Origin: Pedobacter sp.
GTDB taxonomy: Bacteria > Desulfobacterota > Desulfuromonadia > Desulfuromonadales > Syntrophotaleaceae
Reading direction: 5' to 3'
NCBI GenBank assembly: GCA_050253415.1
Contig: JBFWJC010000001.1
Span: 744,679 to 808,678, forward strand
DNA: 64,000 nucleotides
Shown here: positions 27,990 through 37,293 of the stretch, piece after piece
Position numbering within the stretch: the stretch's first letter is position 1
Layout: each line of letters starts with the position of its first letter
The notes under the pieces: generated by a model
Told to the model about the DNA's origin: nothing
Database searches by the model: none
The model's input: the letters and a program-made list of their open reading frames with translations, nothing else
Translations under genes and position numbers: made by a program

Positions 27990-28727
27990 CTAGAAGGTGA
28001 AGGTCAGGTTGAGCGCTGCCGCCGTCTCGGTGTCGATAAGGTCCTTGGCGGCACTGCTGATCGGCGATGAGAAAATAAAGATCGGGCTGATGGTCAGCTG
28101 GTCGGTCAATGCGTAATCGAGGCTGGCACTCAGCTCATAGTTATGCCACCCGGCGTAGTCGGCTACGGTGCCATCGGCATGCTGGTTGTAGGAAATCAGG
28201 GCGCCGAGATTCAGGGTGGTTTCGGGAATCCACTGAGTAAGGTCGAAGCTATGGCCAACGTCAAAGCTGAAGAACAGGCCGTCTTCTTCAGCGCGGTCCC
28301 AGTCGTAGGAAATTTTCAGGTTCGGCGAGAGCAGGGTGTTGACGGTGAAGGTAACGAACAGCTCGTTGGTGTCCTCCCCTTCGATCATGTACCAGATATC
28401 GCCGACCGACATGGAAATCATGTCGCCCAGATCAAATGCATAGGTCAGGATAACGTCGGTTTCGTTGAGTTCCCCGGAATCCCAGTTGGGACCGCTGGTC
28501 AACTGCCAGTTGTGCCAGGTGCTGAGGGTAAATCCGCCGCCGAGAGTCAGGTCGATGCCGCCCTGGATGGTCGGGCGGGAGTCACTCAGATTAAATCCAC
28601 GCCACATGTACTTGTCCCAGAGGCCGACGTAGGCATCGCCTTCGACCTCGATTTTTGCCTGGGCGGTGGTTGCCAGCCCGGCACACAACACGAACATCGC
28701 AACAAACAACACACTCCACTTTTTCAT
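27990..28727 (-). CDS. Putative outer-membrane beta-barrel (TorF/TIGR02001-like porin)
   Basis: Signal peptide ending AQA; KYMWRG, PTIQGG, ETD...Y; alternating beta strands; C-terminal LTFTF. Confidence 0.82.
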   Translation of the reverse strand: MKKWSVLFVAMFVLCAGLATTAQAKIEVEGDAYVGLWDKYMWRGFNLSDSRPTIQGGIDLTLGGGFTLSTWHNWQLTSGPNWDSGELNETDVILTYAFDLGDMISMSVGDIWYMIEGEDTNELFVTFTVNTLLSPNLKISYDWDRAEEDGLFFSFDVGHSFDLTQWIPETTLNLGALISYNQHADGTVADYAGWHNYELSASLDYALTDQLTISPIFIFSSPISSAAKDLIDTETAAALNLTFTF

Positions 28728-29132
28728 TGTCATTACCTCCATGTTCAGCATGAAAGGTTGCCAAACTATCCAGGAACCTTCCCGGAGTTTGTGCAACCGC
28801 TTAAAAACAGGTGATCCCTCCGTTTTGCCGAAAAAAGTCGGCCAATTCAATAAGGCATGCAGAGATACGAACGTTTGGTTCATGGCGAAGGACGGTGCCA
28901 AAATGGGTTCGGGACATGGGGCTGCGAACCAATTGGTGACGAATCCCTCGTTTAATGTGTGGAAACTTAAAAGCTGGCTACCCCGGATTTATGAGGGTGA
29001 CCAGCAGTTTCGATACAATCAAAAAGTAACACAGAGTTGGAAGGTTGCAAGGATTTGAGCTGAATATCAACCAAAAGTAACTATAGGATTTGCAAGAAAA
29101 ACGGTAGGCATGAAAGGAGGTGAATGAGAAGG

Positions 29133-30830
29133 TCAGATTTCGATTTCTTTGACCTGTATGGCCGAGCCGGGACGGGTCAGGTAGACAAACAGCAGCACGG
29201 TGCGAAGGGTTTCCTTGCCGGGGAGTCTGGAAAACACACAAGCCAGGTGCTGGAGTTTGATCCCCTGTCCTTTGATGCTCTCGGTTTCGAGGCGTACATG
29301 CTCGCGTACGCGCTCCTGCTCGTCGGGACGCAGGTCGAGGTTGAGGAATTCCGGAGCGTGGGCGGGAGCCACTCTTTCGACCCGGACAAAGTCACGGGCC
29401 AGGGCCTCCTGCAGTGGTGGAAGCTGTAGTGGATCGCAAGCGTGCTGGATAAAATTCCAGCATTCATCGAACAGGGAACGCTGGGACATCAGGCGGCGGA
29501 ACAGCCCCTGACTGCGCCAGAAAGTTTCCAGAGCCCTTAACGCAGCCGAAAGGCTTCCGTGAAGCATCGAAAGCTGTTCAAGGAATTCCTGCAGCCGCCC
29601 CGAGTTCCAGGTCAGGTCCAGCAGTCGGCCGATGCCGCGCAGACCCTCAAGTTCCTCAAAAGTCAGGTCGGGAGTGGCAAGAACACCGTAGGGTGGATGG
29701 GGGTCGAAGCGCAGTCCCAGGGCGGCGGCATCGCGTCGCAGTGGGGCGCCGGGCAGCAATTTTACTGGTTCCAATTGCAGATGGTGAGGGCGCAGGGCCA
29801 TGACCCGGTCGACCGATTGCAAAAAGGAGTCGCTCCCCTGGCCGGGCAGCCCGGCGATCAGGTCAAGATGCAGGTGAATGTTGCCCGACCGGCAGAGGCG
29901 TCGGACATTAGCTTCCAGTTTTTCCAGGGAGGTTTCGCGTCCGATGGCTTCGAGGGTTTCCGGCAGGGTGGACTGTACGCCAATCTCGAACTGGAATATC
30001 TCGTCGGGGACCTGTTCCAGCAACGACAGCGTAGCATCGTCCAGCAGGTGAGCGCCGATCTCGAAATGGAACCGGCTGACGCGGTTGTGCTCCAGAATGA
30101 AACGGAAGATGTCGCGGGCACGCGCAGCATCGTAATTGAAGGTGCGATCCACCAGCTTGATGGTAGGAACCTCGTGCTGCATCAGCCAGAGCAGGTCGGC
30201 CCGGATGCGTTGCATGGAATAGGAGCGCACCCGGGTGTCGAGAGCACTCATGCAGAAGGAGCAGCGGTAAGGGCAACCACGACTGGTTTCAAGGTAGACC
30301 AACCCGCGCGACAGGTCGACCAACTCCAGCAGATAAGGCGACGGGATGTCGTCAAGGTCGGTCAACAATGGGCCGTCTGGACCGGATTGCACGTTTTCGC
30401 CGTCTCGCCAGCTGAGCCGTGGAATGCCGGCGGGCCGATGCCCCTGCTGCCAGGCGTCGAGTAGTGCCCGCAGCGGGAGTTCACCCTCGCCATGCACCAG
30501 CGCGGCGATACCGGGGTGGCGCTCAAACAGTTGCGGACCGTCGAAGGACACCTCGGGGCCGCCCAGCACCACCCGCAGACCGGGCCGGGCCACGGCCAGG
30601 GCATCGGCCAGTTCCAGTGTGGCGGTGCGGTTCCAGATGTAGACGGAAAACGCCACCACGTCAGGTTGCTCGGCCAGCAGTGCCGCCAGCACCGTCTCTT
30701 TCGGTTCGTGGACCGTGAACTCCCGGATGAGCAAGGCCGGTTGCGACTGACGGCAATAAGCCGCAAGCAGTGGCAGAGCCAGGCTGGCATGAATGAATTT
30801 ACTGTGAAGGGTCGACAGGATAACGCGCAT
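29133..30830 (-). CDS. B12-binding-domain radical SAM protein (DUF4080-type C-terminus)
   Basis: SKFIHASLAL, FSVYIWN, LGGPEVS, ETSRGCPYRCSFC, VDRTFN, FEIGVQS, HLDLIAGLP. Confidence 0.9.
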   Translation of the reverse strand: MRVILSTLHSKFIHASLALPLLAAYCRQSQPALLIREFTVHEPKETVLAALLAEQPDVVAFSVYIWNRTATLELADALAVARPGLRVVLGGPEVSFDGPQLFERHPGIAALVHGEGELPLRALLDAWQQGHRPAGIPRLSWRDGENVQSGPDGPLLTDLDDIPSPYLLELVDLSRGLVYLETSRGCPYRCSFCMSALDTRVRSYSMQRIRADLLWLMQHEVPTIKLVDRTFNYDAARARDIFRFILEHNRVSRFHFEIGAHLLDDATLSLLEQVPDEIFQFEIGVQSTLPETLEAIGRETSLEKLEANVRRLCRSGNIHLHLDLIAGLPGQGSDSFLQSVDRVMALRPHHLQLEPVKLLPGAPLRRDAAALGLRFDPHPPYGVLATPDLTFEELEGLRGIGRLLDLTWNSGRLQEFLEQLSMLHGSLSAALRALETFWRSQGLFRRLMSQRSLFDECWNFIQHACDPLQLPPLQEALARDFVRVERVAPAHAPEFLNLDLRPDEQERVREHVRLETESIKGQGIKLQHLACVFSRLPGKETLRTVLLFVYLTRPGSAIQVKEIEI

Positions 30831-31018
30831 GGCCGCCAGCATAACGAAGGATGCTTCGCGAGAAAAGGGGAAAATCACTGCCGCCAGCACTTAAGGGTGA
30901 ATGCCTGTTTTAGTGAGGCCGGTTCGACCTCCATGATCTAAACCATTTTCATGGCTACCTTGTTAACGTGTCCTTCGTGTCCTCACCTGTTGACTGAAAA
31001 CCTCAAGATACTGTTCTT

Positions 31019-31099
31019 ACAGGGATACTCAGGATAGATAGGATGAAGATCCACGGCTTTGGGGTTAGGATTTATCCTGATCATCCTGAATATCCCTGT
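31019..31099. repeat. REP-like inverted repeat with 9-nt-periodic arms (AGGAT units)
   Basis: ACAGGGATACTCAGGATAGATAGGAT (31019-31044) vs ATCCTGATCATCCTGAATATCCCTGT (31074-31099). Confidence 0.8.
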
Positions 31100-31258
31100 T
31101 CGTAGTGGCTTTGTCATTATCGGAACAGGTTCGCAAGTTTCGTGGTAATGACAGGATATTTCCCCATGCAACAGGGGACTATTCCCTCCGTCGACATGAT
31201 TATGGTATGCTTGGCGGTCTAAGTGACTATCGCACCGACAGAAAAGGAAATTTATAGC

Positions 31259-32590
31259 ATGAAACGCAAGAAGACCATCCTGGCCGTGGTGGCGGACGCC
31301 TCCGGTGAAGTATTTGAACATCCCGATCTGCTCATGGTCGGCATGAACGGTTCCCATGCCCGGCCGCCGCGTTCGGAAGAACTGATCCCTCTGCCGCCAG
31401 GCAGCCGTCTTTTCACCATCCCCGACACCCCCCCCATCGGATTGGACGGCCGCAACAAACGCATGGTTACCTTGCGCAAATTGCCGCGTCATTACGGTGG
31501 CGGCAAGGCTCAGGCAGTGTCGGCGTTTTTGACGCCGGGCTATACCCGAACCCTGTTGCCGGCCGCAAGCTACGGGGATAAACAGGTGCAATTGCCCCTG
31601 TGGTCCTATACGGCTGTGGGTTGGTGCGTCGAGGAAGAGCGCTTTTACGCGGCAGCGGTGCGCGTCGACCGCAACACCCAGTGGGAGCCGGATCATTTCG
31701 ATGATCGCAAACTCGATCCCCTGGTCAAGAAGGCCTTGCGCGAGCATCCCGACAACCGACTGCTCGAGCAGTTGGCCCGCTGCGCGCTGGACTATCACTG
31801 TTTCGCCGCCAAGAACCTGTTTTTCCGTCGCTGGGAAGCGCCGCTGCCGACCTCGCCGGTGTGCAATGCCCACTGCCTCGGCTGCATCTCCTTGCAGGAA
31901 GCCCCGGAGTGCTGCCCCTCCAGCCAGGATCGCATTACCTTTGTGCCGACGGTTGAAGAGCTTTGCCAGATTGCCGTGCCGCATCTCGAGCAGGCGGAAA
32001 ACGCCATCGTTTCTTTTGGTCAGGGGTGCGAGGGGGATCCGATCCTGCAGGCGGATACTATCTGCAAGGCGGTACGCGAAATGCGCCGGAGCACCAAGCG
32101 CGGCACCATTCATTTCAACTCCAACGCTTCCGATCCCGATGCCGTCGATCGTCTGGCGCAGGCCGGTATCGATTCCATCCGGGTATCGATGAATTCGGTG
32201 CAGGACCATTTTTACCAGGCGTACCACCGCCCTTGCGGTTATACCATCGAGCAGGTGCGCGAATCCCTGCGGCGGGCCAAAAACCATGGCCTGTTCACCA
32301 TGATTAATTACCTGGTCTTTCCGGGACTCAACGACCGGCCTGAAGAAGTCGAAGCGCTTGGCGACCTGGTCGAAGAAGCTGGCGTCGACCTGATCCAGAT
32401 GCGCAATTTGAGTATCGACCCCGCATTGTACTGCGAGGCGTTGGCGATCGACGGAGAGGGGATAGGCATGGTTGAGATGCTTACGCGCCTTAAACAACGC
32501 ATTCCCCGACTGCAGTACGGCTATTTCAACCGTACACAGGAGAATTTCTATCCCGAAGGTTATCAGACCGACTGGCCGCTGCCGGCCTGA
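31259..32590 (+). CDS. Radical SAM protein of unknown function
   Basis: CNAHCLGC motif, SFGQGCEGDP, IRVSMNS. Confidence 0.88.
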   Translation: MKRKKTILAVVADASGEVFEHPDLLMVGMNGSHARPPRSEELIPLPPGSRLFTIPDTPPIGLDGRNKRMVTLRKLPRHYGGGKAQAVSAFLTPGYTRTLLPAASYGDKQVQLPLWSYTAVGWCVEEERFYAAAVRVDRNTQWEPDHFDDRKLDPLVKKALREHPDNRLLEQLARCALDYHCFAAKNLFFRRWEAPLPTSPVCNAHCLGCISLQEAPECCPSSQDRITFVPTVEELCQIAVPHLEQAENAIVSFGQGCEGDPILQADTICKAVREMRRSTKRGTIHFNSNASDPDAVDRLAQAGIDSIRVSMNSVQDHFYQAYHRPCGYTIEQVRESLRRAKNHGLFTMINYLVFPGLNDRPEEVEALGDLVEEAGVDLIQMRNLSIDPALYCEALAIDGEGIGMVEMLTRLKQRIPRLQYGYFNRTQENFYPEGYQTDWPLPA

Positions 32591-32620
32591 TTGGCGGTGA
32601 TGTTCAGCGAATGGCGGACT

Positions 32621-34066
32621 ATGCGTATTCTTCGTCCCAAATCGTTTCTTTCCCTGGTGCTGATCGGCTTTGCCATGGTGGCCCTGCCGTTCAACCTGGC
32701 CATGATCAATGCCGAGTTTTTCATGGATCGTTTGGCCCGGCGCGGCTCCCAGGCGGTGTATCGCTCGGTCACGGTGATCCAGGAAAGCCGCAACCTGGTT
32801 GAGCAGCTGTTGGCTCTGGAGCGTCGCGTGCGCCAATACCAGGTACTTGAGGCCGGTGAGATGCTGGCCGGTATCGAGGAAAAGCATAAGGAGTTCGTGG
32901 TATCCGCTGAACGCCTCGGTACCTTGCCATTGAAGCAGGATCAGTTGCAGCGCTTGCAACGCCTGGCATCAGGGGAGCAGCAGCTTTATACCAGTCTGCG
33001 CAGCAATGGTCACAACGCCAGTGAGGACAAGGCGTTTCTGGCGAGGTTCGACGAACTTAACGATCTGGCGCGAGGTCTTTACGACGAGAGTCAGGAGCTC
33101 ATCGTCCGCGAGGTCGATGCCCTTCGCTCCTCGACCACCCGTGCGCGGCGCATACTCCTGTGGCTGGCGGTTTTGCTGGTGCCGGTGACGGGCTTGTTTG
33201 CCAGTTTTTTCGCCCAGCGGATTACCAATCCGATCAGGCAGATAAATCGCGGTATCACCCGCCTTGGGGAGGGTGATTTTACCTCCCCTATCGAGGTCAG
33301 AGGGCCGGATGATCTGCGCTTTCTCGGTACCCGCCTGGATTGGCTGCGTCAGCGCCTGGATGCGGTGGACAAGGAAAAAAGCAAATTCGTATCGCACGTA
33401 TCCCATGAGTTGAAAACACCGCTGGCCTCCATCCGCGAAGGTACGGAACTGTTGGTTGAGGAAGAGGTCGGTCCCCTCAACGATCAGCAGCGGGAGATTG
33501 CCTGGATCCTGCGCAAAAATGGTGTGCAGTTGCACAAGCTTATCGATAATCTGCTCGGTTTCAGTCGCATGCAGGCCAAAATATCCCCCTTTCGCGGCAC
33601 CCAGATTGACTTTTCCCGCCTGATCGAGGGGATTGTTGCGTCGCAGCGGCCCGCTATACTGAAAAAGAATCTGAATCTTAAGCTTGATGTGATGGATCTG
33701 CAGCTTTACGGCGACCGTGAACGGCTGCGAAATGTGGTGGATAATTTACTGTCCAATGCTGTCAAGTACACGCCGGTCGACGGGGTGATTCATCTTAACC
33801 TTCGCCGGCAGGGAAATCTTGCCGTATTGGAAGTGGCTGATTCGGGGCCCGGGATCCCTGAAGACGAGCGACAGAAAATTTTTAAACCTTTTTATCAGGG
33901 ATCGGCACCCATGGTCGGGCCTGTGCAAGGGACGGGAATAGGTTTGTCTATAGTGCAGGAATATGTACGGGATCATGGTGCCCGTATCGAAGTCCTGGAT
34001 AGCCCTCTGGGTGGTGCTTGCTTTAAAGTGAGTCTGCCGCTGTCGAATCAGGAGGAAACGGCATGA
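32621..34066 (+). CDS. glrK: Sensor histidine kinase, GlrK/QseE-like
   Basis: Two TM segments, LERRVRQY, HAMP, SHELKTPLASIREG, DNLLSNAVKY, DSGPG, GTGIGL. Confidence 0.85.
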   Translation: MRILRPKSFLSLVLIGFAMVALPFNLAMINAEFFMDRLARRGSQAVYRSVTVIQESRNLVEQLLALERRVRQYQVLEAGEMLAGIEEKHKEFVVSAERLGTLPLKQDQLQRLQRLASGEQQLYTSLRSNGHNASEDKAFLARFDELNDLARGLYDESQELIVREVDALRSSTTRARRILLWLAVLLVPVTGLFASFFAQRITNPIRQINRGITRLGEGDFTSPIEVRGPDDLRFLGTRLDWLRQRLDAVDKEKSKFVSHVSHELKTPLASIREGTELLVEEEVGPLNDQQREIAWILRKNGVQLHKLIDNLLGFSRMQAKISPFRGTQIDFSRLIEGIVASQRPAILKKNLNLKLDVMDLQLYGDRERLRNVVDNLLSNAVKYTPVDGVIHLNLRRQGNLAVLEVADSGPGIPEDERQKIFKPFYQGSAPMVGPVQGTGIGLSIVQEYVRDHGARIEVLDSPLGGACFKVSLPLSNQEETA

Positions 34067-34584
34067 TGCCAAAACGTATACCTGGAGTGGTCATCGGGGT
34101 GCTATTGCTGGGGCTGTTGGTCGCCGGTTGCAGCAACTTTCCGCGCGTGTGGTGGCCACAGTTGCCGAGTGAAGGGGTGCAAGCTGAGACGGTGCTCGAC
34201 TACTACCGCAAAGCCAGTACGCTAAGTATCGCCGCCGGCAGCAAGGAGTTGATCCGTTTGCGCAAAGCCTATCGCAAAAGTCCGGACGATGAGACCCTTT
34301 TTCAACTTGTGGCGCTGGGTTTACAACCCGGACGTTCCCTTGCCGATCGGCAACTGGCATCCGATTTGCTGAAGGAATTCCGCCAGCGCGACGAGGGGGG
34401 GCGTACTTTGATGACCCTGGTGTCGTTGCTGCAAGATCAACTCGGTGACCAGCTGCGGCTTGCCGGGGAGCGCGACAAGGCTCGGCAGCAGGCTCAGGAG
34501 CTGGAAACCACCTCCCGGGAACTGCAAGATAAGCTGCGGGCTCTGGAGAATATCGAAAAAATTCTGCGCCAACGGGAAAAGTAA
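34063..34584 (+). CDS. QseG-like lipoprotein
   Basis: Lipobox VAGC; C-terminal coiled coil LQDKLRALENIE; position between kinase and regulator as in qseEGF. Confidence 0.75.
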   Translation: MMPKRIPGVVIGVLLLGLLVAGCSNFPRVWWPQLPSEGVQAETVLDYYRKASTLSIAAGSKELIRLRKAYRKSPDDETLFQLVALGLQPGRSLADRQLASDLLKEFRQRDEGGRTLMTLVSLLQDQLGDQLRLAGERDKARQQAQELETTSRELQDKLRALENIEKILRQREK

Positions 34585-34614
34585 TTCTCCCCTGGCGGCA
34601 ATCTGAGGACATTG

Positions 34615-35970
34615 ATGGAAACGAAGAAACAGCGCCTGTTGTTGGTAGATGACGACACCGATCTGCTGCGGTTACTGTCCATTCGCCTGCGCGGGGCGGG
34701 ATATGACATCCATATCGCGGAAAGTGGCGAGGAAGCGTTGGCCAAAATTCCGGCGGTTCGTCCTCATTTGGTGATTACCGATCTGCGTATGGCAGGGATG
34801 GACGGCATGGCCCTATTTGATGCCATACGAACCCGTCAGGCCTCCTTGCCGGTTATTATTCTCACCGCCCATGGCTCCATTCCCGACGCGGTCGAAGCGA
34901 CCCGGCGGGGAGTTTTCAGCTTTCTTACCAAACCCCTGGACAGTAAAGCCCTGCTGGAGGAAATTCAGCGTGCCCTGCGTATTTCCGGTGATGCCGCCGA
35001 GCAGGAAACCCAGGGTGAGGAGTCCTGGCGCAGTGAAATCATCACCAAGAGCCCTGTTATGGAGGAACTGCTGGCCAAGGCACGGCTTGCCGCCGAGAGT
35101 GATGCAGCCGTCCTGATCCGGGGCGAAAGCGGTACCGGTAAGGAATTGATCGCGCGTGCCATCCATCGGGCCAGTGTCCGAGCCGATAAGCCTTTTGTTG
35201 CCGTCAACTGCGGTGCCATTCCCGATACCCTGCTCGAATCGGAATTGTTCGGCCATGCCAAGGGGGCGTTTACCGGCGCGTTAAAGGATTATCCCGGTCT
35301 GTTCCGGTCGGCTGCAGGGGGAACCCTGTTTCTTGACGAGATTGGCGATATGCCACTGCCCCTGCAGGTCAAACTGCTGAGGGTGCTGCAGGAAAAACAG
35401 ATGCGGCCTGTCGGATCGGTAACCAGCTGCGCCATCGATGTGCGGATTATCTCCGCAACCCATCGTCATCTCGAAGACGAAATCACCGCCGAGCGGTTTC
35501 GGGAAGATCTCTATTATCGGCTCAACGTCGTGTCTCTCGATTTGCCGAGTCTGGCAGAACGCCGGGAAGATATTCCCTTGCTGGCCAGCCACTTTCTGCA
35601 AAAAATCGCGGCCCGCAGTGGCAAAAAAGTCACCGGCTTTGCACCCGAGGCCATGGAAGCACTGTTGGCAGCCTCCTGGCCTGGAAATGTGCGGCAGCTG
35701 ATCAACGTGGTCGAACAGGGGCTGGCCTTGACTACCACTTCGCTGATTTCAGCTTCGCTGGTGGCGGATGCTATTCACGAAAATGTTGAAACGATTCCCT
35801 GCTTCAGCGAAGCACGCAGACAGTTTGAACAGGACTATCTGGTGCGCTTGATGCAGCTTACCCGTGGCAATGTCGCCCATGCTGCGCGTTTGGCCGGACG
35901 CAATCGAACCGAATTTTATAAATTATTGGGTCGCCATCATATCGTACCGAGCCTGTTTAAAAATGTCTGA
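34615..35970 (+). CDS. glrR: Sigma-54-dependent response regulator, GlrR/QseF-like
   Basis: Receiver domain with [33 protein letters not shown]-terminal [12 protein letters not shown] typical of GlrR. Confidence 0.9.
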   Translation: METKKQRLLLVDDDTDLLRLLSIRLRGAGYDIHIAESGEEALAKIPAVRPHLVITDLRMAGMDGMALFDAIRTRQASLPVIILTAHGSIPDAVEATRRGVFSFLTKPLDSKALLEEIQRALRISGDAAEQETQGEESWRSEIITKSPVMEELLAKARLAAESDAAVLIRGESGTGKELIARAIHRASVRADKPFVAVNCGAIPDTLLESELFGHAKGAFTGALKDYPGLFRSAAGGTLFLDEIGDMPLPLQVKLLRVLQEKQMRPVGSVTSCAIDVRIISATHRHLEDEITAERFREDLYYRLNVVSLDLPSLAERREDIPLLASHFLQKIAARSGKKVTGFAPEAMEALLAASWPGNVRQLINVVEQGLALTTTSLISASLVADAIHENVETIPCFSEARRQFEQDYLVRLMQLTRGNVAHAARLAGRNRTEFYKLLGRHHIVPSLFKNV

Positions 35971-36006
35971 AAACCCCGTGTCTCTAAAAAGAGACGCGGG
36001 GTTTTT
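35970..36006 (+). terminator. Stem-loop terminator that also contains a GlrR-like box
   Basis: AAAACCCCGTGTCTC-N6-GAGACGCGGGGTTTTT; TGTC-N10-GACG at 35979-35996. Confidence 0.7.
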
Positions 36007-36172
36007 GGGGGAAGTATTGTGCTTTTTCCGCCTTTTGCCTCACTTAAAGGGGGAGGCAAGAAGGTGTCCTTCCTCATCTTTGTTGCCAATAAACGACAAA
36101 TCACCCCTTTTTCCCCTTTATGTGATCCACCCCGTCTGCTGGATAAGCCATTGTTAGCGCCTTTGTAAAAAT

Positions 36173-36188
36173 TGGTGCGGGCTTTGCT
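36173..36188 (+). promoter_or_regulatory. Candidate sigma-54 -24/-12 promoter
   Basis: TGGTGCGGGCTTTGCT has exact GG-N10-GC spacing with TTGCT; TGTT-N10-GACA at 36081-36098 upstream. Confidence 0.65.
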
Positions 36189-36286
36189 CATGCATATCGC
36201 CAATCTTGAATTTATCCTGTTGTCAGACGGAGGTGATCGTTATAACGGACCGATCACCAGGTCTAAATGTGAGAGGTTTTTTTGCA

Positions 36287-36493
36287 ATGAACGGATTTTT
36301 GCGTGTTGTGCTGCTGGTCGTTTGTGGTGGTCTCATGGCTCTGGCGGCCCTGGCAGGGCAAATTGGGTATGGTGACGATTACGGCCGGGCTACTTTTCCT
36401 TACGCGAGCATCGACACATCGGAGGGAGCCGGGGCTCAGGCCAATGGGATGATCATCGGCCACCAAACTCAAGCCGGGGTGGAGAAACCATGA
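36287..36493 (+). CDS. Small (68 aa) putative exported protein
   Basis: MNGFLRVVLLVVCGGLMALAALA signal-like leader; GAGAGG upstream; ATGA coupling to the next gene. Confidence 0.5.
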   Translation: MNGFLRVVLLVVCGGLMALAALAGQIGYGDDYGRATFPYASIDTSEGAGAQANGMIIGHQTQAGVEKP

Positions 36494-37185
36494 AACGACC
36501 GATAACCAGGGTTGAAATTTCGAAACGCTGCGAACGTATAGGCCCCCAACTTTTACACACCGACCGGCATGGCCTGAACCTGTCTCTGCGGCTGCTGATG
36601 GTTTTAGTACTGCTAGGCGCGAGTATTTCAACAGCGTGGGGTGCGTATATTACTGATCAAATCCCTGTAACCTTGAGGCGCGGTCCAGGTACCGGGTACC
36701 GCATCCTTAAATCGCTGACCAGTTCCGCAAAAATTGAAATCCTGGAAGATGGCGACGACTATGTCAAGGTCCGCACTGCGGATGGAACCGAAGGGTACGT
36801 CCTCAAACAATATGTTTCCAGCCAGGAACCCCAAGCCGTCATCGCAGAACGCCTGCAACGCGAACAGCTCGCCTTGCGCAAAAAACTGGATGATTTGACG
36901 GAGCAGAACAAAAAACTACAAGGTGTTGAGGCGGAACTGCAAAAAATAACGGGTCAATACGAGCGCCTGCAACAAGGGGCCCAGAACATAACCGAAACCA
37001 TGGCAGAACGTGACCGTCTGCAGCAGGAAAACGCGGCCCATCTGCAGAAAATCACTTCGCTTGAGGCGGAAAACCATTATTTGTGGCGCAATAATATCTT
37101 ACGCTGGTTTTTTGCCGGTGCTGGGGTATTGTGTCTCGGTTGGCTGCTTGGTCGCCGGCCGCCGCGCCGTACTCGTTCGTTCTGA
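36490..37185 (+). CDS. SH3-domain membrane-anchored protein (YgiM/TIGR04211-like)
   Basis: YITD..VTLRRGPGTGYRI, VRTADGTEGYV, coiled coil, C-terminal WFFAGAGV TM segment with basic tail. Confidence 0.88.
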   Translation: MKRPITRVEISKRCERIGPQLLHTDRHGLNLSLRLLMVLVLLGASISTAWGAYITDQIPVTLRRGPGTGYRILKSLTSSAKIEILEDGDDYVKVRTADGTEGYVLKQYVSSQEPQAVIAERLQREQLALRKKLDDLTEQNKKLQGVEAELQKITGQYERLQQGAQNITETMAERDRLQQENAAHLQKITSLEAENHYLWRNNILRWFFAGAGVLCLGWLLGRRPPRRTRSF

Positions 37186-37293
37186 CCTTGGCTCTATTCC
37201 TGATCCAAGATCGTTCCCTCCTTGTTCTGAACCCGCCGTCATGCTAAAAATGGCGCAAACGCGAACGCCTGAAGGCGACTTAAGGAGGATGGT

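Noticed and set aside
28748..28900. Sigma-54 promoters for the porin operon (TGGCAACCTTTCATGC, TGGCACCGTCCTTCGC)
   Set aside because: Both have 11 rather than 10 nt between GG and GC.
30983..32959. 658-aa minus-strand ORF
   Set aside because: Antisense to the radical SAM and kinase genes; no recognisable domain.
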